In this document: one piece after another, positions 18,743 to 22,976 of the stretch
How the letters are laid out: the number at the start of each line of letters is the position of its first letter
Position numbering within the stretch: the stretch's first letter is position 1
Origin: a virus
Taxonomy: Duplodnaviria > Heunggongvirae > Uroviricota > Caudoviricetes
Reading direction: 5' to 3' (one strand)
Length of the DNA: 22,976 nt
IMG/VR virus record: IMGVR_UViG_2778261512_000019
Location: 1-22,976 of that record
Notes under the pieces: model-generated
Told to the model about the DNA's origin: nothing
Database searches by the model: none
Seen by the model: only the letters and a program-made list of their open reading frames with translations
Translations under genes and position numbers: made by a program

Positions 18743-19157
18743 GCCATTCAATATCTGGCGCACCGGAAGTATCGACCAGTTCCAGTGCGTCCAGATAATC
18801 CAGCCACAAATTATATTGCGCCAGTTCCTCACCTTTCAGACGACCAATTGATGCTTTACCTGGCCATTGTTTACTGTTTATGTATTCGTTGGCCTGGTTA
18901 ATCAATTGCTGCTTTTTAGTTTCGGCTGATGCAATTTGTTCTTCACGTGTTGGTGGAGGTATATCTGCCCATGCAGGCAGTCCATCCTCTCCGACACATC
19001 TGTATTTTCCTTCTGGTGGTGTATCATAGAAATATTCCCTGAAAATTACTTCGTCTATATCAACACCTTTTTCTTCAGGCCATTCACCTTTTTCAACATA
19101 AAGAGACTGAAGTTCGTAAGGATATGCCAGGTTGTTTACGTACAGATATTTCATCAT
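18714..19157 (-). CDS. tfaE: Tail fibre assembly protein (alternative, currently silent orientation)
   Basis: 147-aa minus-strand ORF with C-terminal GAPDIEWPTPP Tfa motif; TAATG-coupled to the alternative fibre tip upstream on the minus strand. Confidence 0.75.
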   Translation of the reverse strand: MMKYLYVNNLAYPYELQSLYVEKGEWPEEKGVDIDEVIFREYFYDTPPEGKYRCVGEDGLPAWADIPPPTREEQIASAETKKQQLINQANEYINSKQWPGKASIGRLKGEELAQYNLWLDYLDALELVDTSGAPDIEWPTPPAVQAR

Positions 19158-19496
19158 TACCAGCCCTTAGCGAAAAACGCACCACCTTCAAGACCATAAT
19201 TGCAGTGAGCTATGAAGCCGGTAGTGCTCCAGTTGGTCGCCCCCCACATATTCCCGCCCCCGAAACCACCATCGCACACAATTACAATGCCCGGTGTCTG
19301 TGTAAATGGAATCGGGAATGAAACATTGGCGGATACAGGCCCGTGTTCACCAGGAAAACTAATTCGTCCCCACTGTTCAATTGAACCATCTGGCATTTTT
19401 CGCCAGCCTGAACCTGATGCATATGATGACATATCAGGTATCTGATTTTCCCCTGTTCCCACATTTCGTTTTGCCGCTTCTCCCAAACCAACGTTT
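19157..19496 (-). CDS. stfE: Alternative tail fibre C-terminal segment (no own start; would fuse in frame to the constant N-terminus after inversion)
   Basis: Minus-strand frame reads [17 protein letters not shown]... from the right recombination site, in the same frame as ENLGLGE at the left site; Gly-rich tip ([16 protein letters not shown]). Confidence 0.7.
19477..19496. repeat. Right invertase recombination site (pix-like), about 60 bp upstream of pin
   Basis: CTTCTCCCAAACCAACGTTT, whose reverse complement AAACGTTGGTTTGGGAGAAG matches the left site at 19 of 20 positions. Confidence 0.75.
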
Positions 19497-19557
19497 ATGA
19501 AAATGCAGAAATAACGAGCAAATGGCATCATTCCTGCTTTTGTCAGGGGGAGCTACC

Positions 19558-20112
19558 ATGCTTATTGGCTATGTACGCGTATCAACAAATGACCAGAACA
19601 CAGATCTACAACGTAATGCGCTGAACTGTGCAGGATGCGAGCTGATTTTTGAAGACAAGATAAGCGGCACAAAGTCCGAAAGGCCGGGACTGAAAAAACT
19701 GCTCAGGACATTATCGGCAGGTGACACTCTGGTTGTCTGGAAGCTGGATCGGCTGGGGCGTAGTATGCGGCATCTTGTCGTGTTGGTGGAGGAGTTGCGC
19801 GAACGAGGCATCAACTTTCGTAGTCTGACGGATTCAATTGATACCAGCACACCAATGGGACGCTTTTTCTTTCATGTGATGGGTGCCTTGGCTGAAATGG
19901 AGCGTGAACTGATTGTTGAACGAACAAAAGCTGGACTGGAAGCTGCTCGCGCACAGGGGCGAATTGGTGGACGTCGTCCCAAACTTACACCAGAACAATG
20001 GGCACAGGCCGGACGATTAATTGCATCAGGAGTTCCTCGCCAGAAGGTGGCGATTATCTATGATGTTGGTGTGTCAACTTTGTATAAGAGGTTTCCTGCA
20101 GAGGATAAATAA
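19558..20112 (+). CDS. pinE: Serine DNA invertase Pin (Gin/Hin/Cin family)
   Basis: 184-aa product starting MLIGYVRVSTNDQNTDLQ with the catalytic Ser in YVRVSTNDQ and a C-terminal HTH (VGVSTLYKRF); matches my recollection of e14 Pin; lies beside the inverted repeats. Confidence 0.9.
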   Translation: MLIGYVRVSTNDQNTDLQRNALNCAGCELIFEDKISGTKSERPGLKKLLRTLSAGDTLVVWKLDRLGRSMRHLVVLVEELRERGINFRSLTDSIDTSTPMGRFFFHVMGALAEMERELIVERTKAGLEAARAQGRIGGRRPKLTPEQWAQAGRLIASGVPRQKVAIIYDVGVSTLYKRFPAEDK

Positions 20113-20218
20113 AGTTAAAGACACTTTGTGTACAAAAGAAAATAAAACAACAGCAACTTGTTGCAATTTTATCAATAAAAGTAGTATTGTCGTAAAAAAT
20201 TGATTAAAGATTAATATT

Positions 20219-21052
20219 ATGCATGTTTTTGATAATAATGGAATTGAACTGAAAGCTGAGTGTTCGATAGGTGAAGAGGATGGCGTTTATGGTCTAATCC
20301 TTGAGTCGTGGGGGCCGGGTGACAGAAACAAAGATTACAATATCGCTCTTGATTATATCATTGAACGGTTGGTTGATTCTGGTGTATCCCAAGTCGTAGT
20401 ATATCTGGCGTCATCATTAGTCAGAAAACATATGCATTCTTTGGATGAAAGAAAAATCCATCCTGGTGAATATTTTACTTTGATTGGTAATAGCCCCCGC
20501 GATATACGCTTGAAGATGTGTGGTTATCAGGCTTATTTTAGTCGTACGGGGAGAAAGGAAATTCCTTCCGGCAATAGAACGAAACGAATATTGATAAATG
20601 TTCCAGGTATTTATAGTGACAGTTTTTGGGCGTCTATAATACATGGAGAACTATCAGAGCTTTCACAGCCTACAGATGATGAATCGCTTCTGAATATGAG
20701 GGTTAATAAATTAATTAAGAAAACGTTGAGTCAACCCGAGGGCTCCAGGAAACCAGTTGAGGTAGAAAGACTACAAAAAGTTTATGTCCGAGACCCAATG
20801 GTAAAAGCTTGGATTTTACAGCAAAGTAAAGGTATATGTGAAAACTGTGATAAAAATGCTCCGTTTTATTTAAATGATGGAAGCCCATACTTGGAAGTGC
20901 ATCATGTAATTCCCCTGTCTTCAGGTGGTGCTGATACAACAGATAACTGTGTTGCCCTTTGTCCGAATTGCCATAGAGAATTGCACTATAGTAAAAATGC
21001 AAAAGAACTAATCGAGATGCTTTACGTTAATATAAACCGATTACAGAAATAA
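20219..21052 (+). CDS. mcrA: McrA, modified-cytosine-dependent (type IV) restriction endonuclease with C-terminal HNH domain
   Basis: 277-aa ORF (the K-12 McrA length) with C-terminal CENCD...HHVIPLSSGGADTTDNCVALCPNCHRELH zinc-finger/HNH motif; AT-rich gene between pin and attR, as in e14. Confidence 0.9.
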   Translation: MHVFDNNGIELKAECSIGEEDGVYGLILESWGPGDRNKDYNIALDYIIERLVDSGVSQVVVYLASSLVRKHMHSLDERKIHPGEYFTLIGNSPRDIRLKMCGYQAYFSRTGRKEIPSGNRTKRILINVPGIYSDSFWASIIHGELSELSQPTDDESLLNMRVNKLIKKTLSQPEGSRKPVEVERLQKVYVRDPMVKAWILQQSKGICENCDKNAPFYLNDGSPYLEVHHVIPLSSGGADTTDNCVALCPNCHRELHYSKNAKELIEMLYVNINRLQK

Positions 21053-21084
21053 AATTGTTTATTAAAGTCACATTTAAGACGTAA

Positions 21085-21106
21085 TACCCTACAGGGTAAA
21101 AATTTT
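21085..21106 (+). terminator. Weak hairpin plus A/T run downstream of mcrA
   Basis: TACCC-TACA-GGGTA followed by AAAATTTT, about 30 nt after the mcrA stop. Confidence 0.3.
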
Positions 21107-21285
21107 CTCTGATCTTAACTTCTGCAAATGTTAACTGCTATTTTTATGCTAAAAATGGTTATCAAAACTCAAAAACACATGTTGATAATCAATGAGTTAT
21201 GGAAATGCTAAGAGCTAATGAGTTATATGCAAATTAGTAAAATTATGTTGCTATGTCAAATAGTTACGATTTGGTCATCTAACTA

Positions 21286-21450
21286 ATGTTACGCCATATG
21301 GGCTGGACTGAAGCCGCAGACCTGATTGTTAAAGGTATGGAAGGCGCAATCAATGCGAAGACCGTAACCTATGACTTCGAGCGTCTGATGGAAGGCGCTA
21401 AACTGCTGAAATGTTCAGAATTTGGTGATGCGATCATCAAGAACATGTAA
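21286..21450 (+). pseudogene. icdC: icd 3' fragment (last 54 codons of isocitrate dehydrogenase) marking the prophage attR junction
   Basis: Frame translates to [54 protein letters not shown], the Icd C-terminus; similarity stops at an in-frame TAA at 21280-21282, beyond which the sequence is phage-side. Confidence 0.85.
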
Positions 21451-21473
21451 TCACTACATGTGTTTAATATTGC

Positions 21474-21505
21474 AACGGGCGTATAACACGCCCGTTGTTT
21501 TATTT
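21474..21505 (+). terminator. icd rho-independent terminator
   Basis: AACGGGCGT-ATAAC-ACGCCCGTT perfect 9-bp stem followed by GTTTTATTT, 24 nt after the icd stop codon. Confidence 0.7.
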
Positions 21506-21552
21506 ATGTAGGTATTATTAATAGCATATCGAGCATATTTATATAAAACCCT

Positions 21553-21876
21553 TTACTTGAGCCCATATGGGCATATTTTTATAATGCAACTATTATGCAA
21601 ACATTTATTTGTTATTTTTCTTTCTCCTGGAGGACACTCTTGACTGCTTTTGAGTAGACTCCATAAATCCTTGTTGAATGGTGCGATGTTATAAATAGTA
21701 ATAGGATATTCTTTATCTTTAAGGATAATTCCAGATTTAACCGGTGTAAATATACTGCCAGGAGGGAGAAATATAGTAGATTGATACCAGATGATCATTT
21801 TCATATTACCCCATATGGCTGAAAAAGATATGCCGCATGAAGGTTGAATTATCGTGTCAATTACTATCCACTTCAT
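21553..21876 (-). CDS. iraM: Anti-adaptor protein IraM (RssB inhibitor that stabilises RpoS)
   Basis: 107-aa minus-strand ORF ([31 protein letters not shown]...) matching my recollection of E. coli IraM in length, sequence and position next to icdC; AT-rich. Confidence 0.8.
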   Translation of the reverse strand: MKWIVIDTIIQPSCGISFSAIWGNMKMIIWYQSTIFLPPGSIFTPVKSGIILKDKEYPITIYNIAPFNKDLWSLLKSSQECPPGERKITNKCLHNSCIIKICPYGLK

Positions 21877-22333
21877 TTGTTATGTCTTATCCCACGGTAT
21901 TTAATATAGTTCATTTGGATGTTCATTTCTTTATTTTGCATATGAGTATATTACCCCTTCAAAAAATAAATTAATTAAAACGATTGCTTATATAAAACAA
22001 AATTTAAAGCAAGGAATCTCAATGGATGTTAAACAAAATGAGATTTAGTGAAAACAATAAATTATTCACTTCGTTTTAGATTTGTTTAGCTATAATGTTA
22101 TACATTCAAATGACTGAACATCCTGTAATTAAAACATAGCCTTTATGCTACTTTGTGCCAATTTGCTAAACATTATGGTTGCCTTTTTATATAACGATAA
22201 TAATGAATATAAGCATGACATGAGAATAAGGTTTCAATTTTTGAGTTATATAGGAAAGGTTTAACCTGTTCCTGGCTAAAATACATATAACTGGATGATG
22301 ACTAAACCAAAACACATGTGCGTTAAGTATTGA

Positions 22334-22364
22334 AACGGGCGTATGGCACACCCGTTGTTTTTAT
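22334..22364 (+). repeat. Second, degenerate copy of the icd terminator hairpin and its flank
   Basis: AACGGGCGTATGGCACACCCGTT + GTTTTT; the surrounding ~50 bp (22314-22364) align at roughly 80% identity with 21456-21505. Confidence 0.5.
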
Positions 22365-22571
22365 AAATATATTAACCGTTATAAAATAACGTATAGAAAG
22401 TCAAGTGATCACATTTCAAATATCAATTTGATAGTATTGGCATGGTGATTATTTATGGGTAGCAATAAAAGGACAGTATTTATCATCCATAGGGATAGTC
22501 TCTGTACTTTTATTCCCATTATGCTAATGCCTTACTGAATTATGAAGCATTTCTTAAGCATCCAACTTTAG

Positions 22572-22976
22572 CTAGATTAATGGTTTATTATTTTCTACAT
22601 CTTCAATATATAAAAGCGTATTATCAATGGCGTAGTAACTGCGTTTGTTATGATTAACATCAGTAACCCACCGGAAAACGCCCGCGCCTGCTAGTGTTGA
22701 ACAGTATTCCCGAAATGTAGATTTTCCGCAAATATGAAGCAATGCGGCCTCTTTTATTTTAGCAGGGTTCTTGGTCGTACTAACTTTTAACAGGTTCCTG
22801 GTTCCTCTTAATAACAAAACCGTGTCATCGTGAGTAATAATTCTGATGTTATCCGTAGCCAGATAATAAATGTAATGTGCAATACGGTGATGTTTTAATT
22901 CTGAATAAAACCAGGAGAAGTTTTGCTCTTTTCTCACTTGCTCAAACATCTTTTGAAAAACAACGACCTGATCCAT
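22572..22976 (-). CDS. ycgX: YcgX-like protein (DUF1398); start codon at the window edge
   Basis: 134-aa minus-strand ORF (MDQVVVFQKMFEQVRKEQNFSWFYSELKHH...) matching my recollection of E. coli YcgX, the gene next to iraM; its ATG is the last three bases of the window, so the true start cannot be confirmed. Confidence 0.75.
   Translation of the reverse strand: MDQVVVFQKMFEQVRKEQNFSWFYSELKHHRIAHYIYYLATDNIRIITHDDTVLLLRGTRNLLKVSTTKNPAKIKEAALLHICGKSTFREYCSTLAGAGVFRWVTDVNHNKRSYYAIDNTLLYIEDVENNKPLI

Larger units (their letters stand above)
17612..19496. other. Invertible tail-fibre host-range segment (about 1.9 kb), analogous to the e14 P region and Mu G segment
   Basis: Bounded by 20-bp inverted repeats; contains the fibre variable part and tfa on the + strand and an alternative fibre tip and tfa on the - strand; the invertase gene is adjacent. 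Confidence 0.75.
1..21285 (+). mobile_element. e14-like prophage, right portion (HK97-like head module, Mu-like contractile tail module, invertible fibre segment, pin, mcrA); left end lies outside the window
   Basis: Continuous, tightly packed + strand operon of virion genes with overlapping stop/start codons, followed by an invertase, mcrA and an icd 3' fragment at the boundary; the gene order ymfQ-stfP-tfaP-tfaE-stfE-pinE-mcrA-icdC matches the right end of E. coli K-12 e14 as I recall it. Confidence 0.85.

Noticed and set aside
19124-19445. Plus-strand ORFs 19124-19321 and 19212-19445 within the alternative fibre region
   Set aside because: They are antisense to the minus-strand fibre tip and tfa cassette that has clear family motifs; no RBS.
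20153-20164. Short dyad GCAAC-TT-GTTGC upstream of mcrA, considered as an operator or a third invertase site
   Set aside because: Only 5-bp arms and no similarity to the AAACC-TT-GGTTT sites; too short to distinguish from chance in AT-rich DNA.
20021-20203. 60-aa ORF overlapping the 3' end of pin and the pin-mcrA intergenic region
   Set aside because: Out-of-frame overlap with pin, runs into AT-rich promoter DNA, low-complexity product.
20417-21002. Minus-strand ORFs 20417-20644 and 20715-21002 inside mcrA
   Set aside because: Antisense to a gene with an unmistakable HNH motif; AT-rich DNA readily gives such frames.
22063-22096. GTTTTA/TGTTTA direct repeat followed by a perfect TATAAT on the plus strand between iraM and ycgX, considered as a promoter for a small RNA ending at the 22334 hairpin
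   Set aside because: The repeat-to-hexamer spacing does not fit known promoter architecture and TATAAT-like hexamers are frequent in this AT-rich stretch; no supporting ORF or conserved structure seen.
1-22976. CRISPR arrays, tRNA genes, insertion sequences, integrase
   Set aside because: No regularly spaced repeats, no tRNA-like sequence at the junction (integration is into icd, not a tRNA), no transposase-like ORF or terminal inverted repeats; the integrase of e14-type prophages lies at the other end, outside this window.

Overview
This window is the late (structural) half and right end of an intact e14-like prophage inserted in the 3' end of the isocitrate dehydrogenase gene (icd) of an Escherichia/Shigella-type chromosome, followed by flanking chromosomal genes. 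From left to right on the + strand: an HNH endonuclease, a probable cos-containing intergenic region, an HK97-like head module (terminase small and large subunits, portal, prohead protease, major capsid protein, connector proteins), a Mu-like contractile-tail module (sheath, tube, frameshifted chaperone pair, tape measure, baseplate proteins), and a side tail fibre with its assembly protein. The fibre's variable end lies in a roughly 1.9 kb invertible segment bounded by 20-bp inverted repeats, with an alternative fibre tip and assembly gene on the minus strand and a serine invertase (pinE) just outside. The prophage ends with the AT-rich mcrA gene (modified-cytosine, type IV restriction), then a 165-bp icd 3' fragment (attR) with its terminator, then low-GC chromosomal genes iraM and ycgX on the minus strand. 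I did not find a convincing novel multi-gene system: the accessory cargo I can support is the known mcrA/pin module. Items worth a second look are the invertible segment, a second copy of the icd terminator region beyond iraM, the probable cos region, a programmed -1 frameshift, and a few small unannotated ORFs. All homology calls rest on motifs read from the translations and on recalled knowledge of the families; none was checked against a database.
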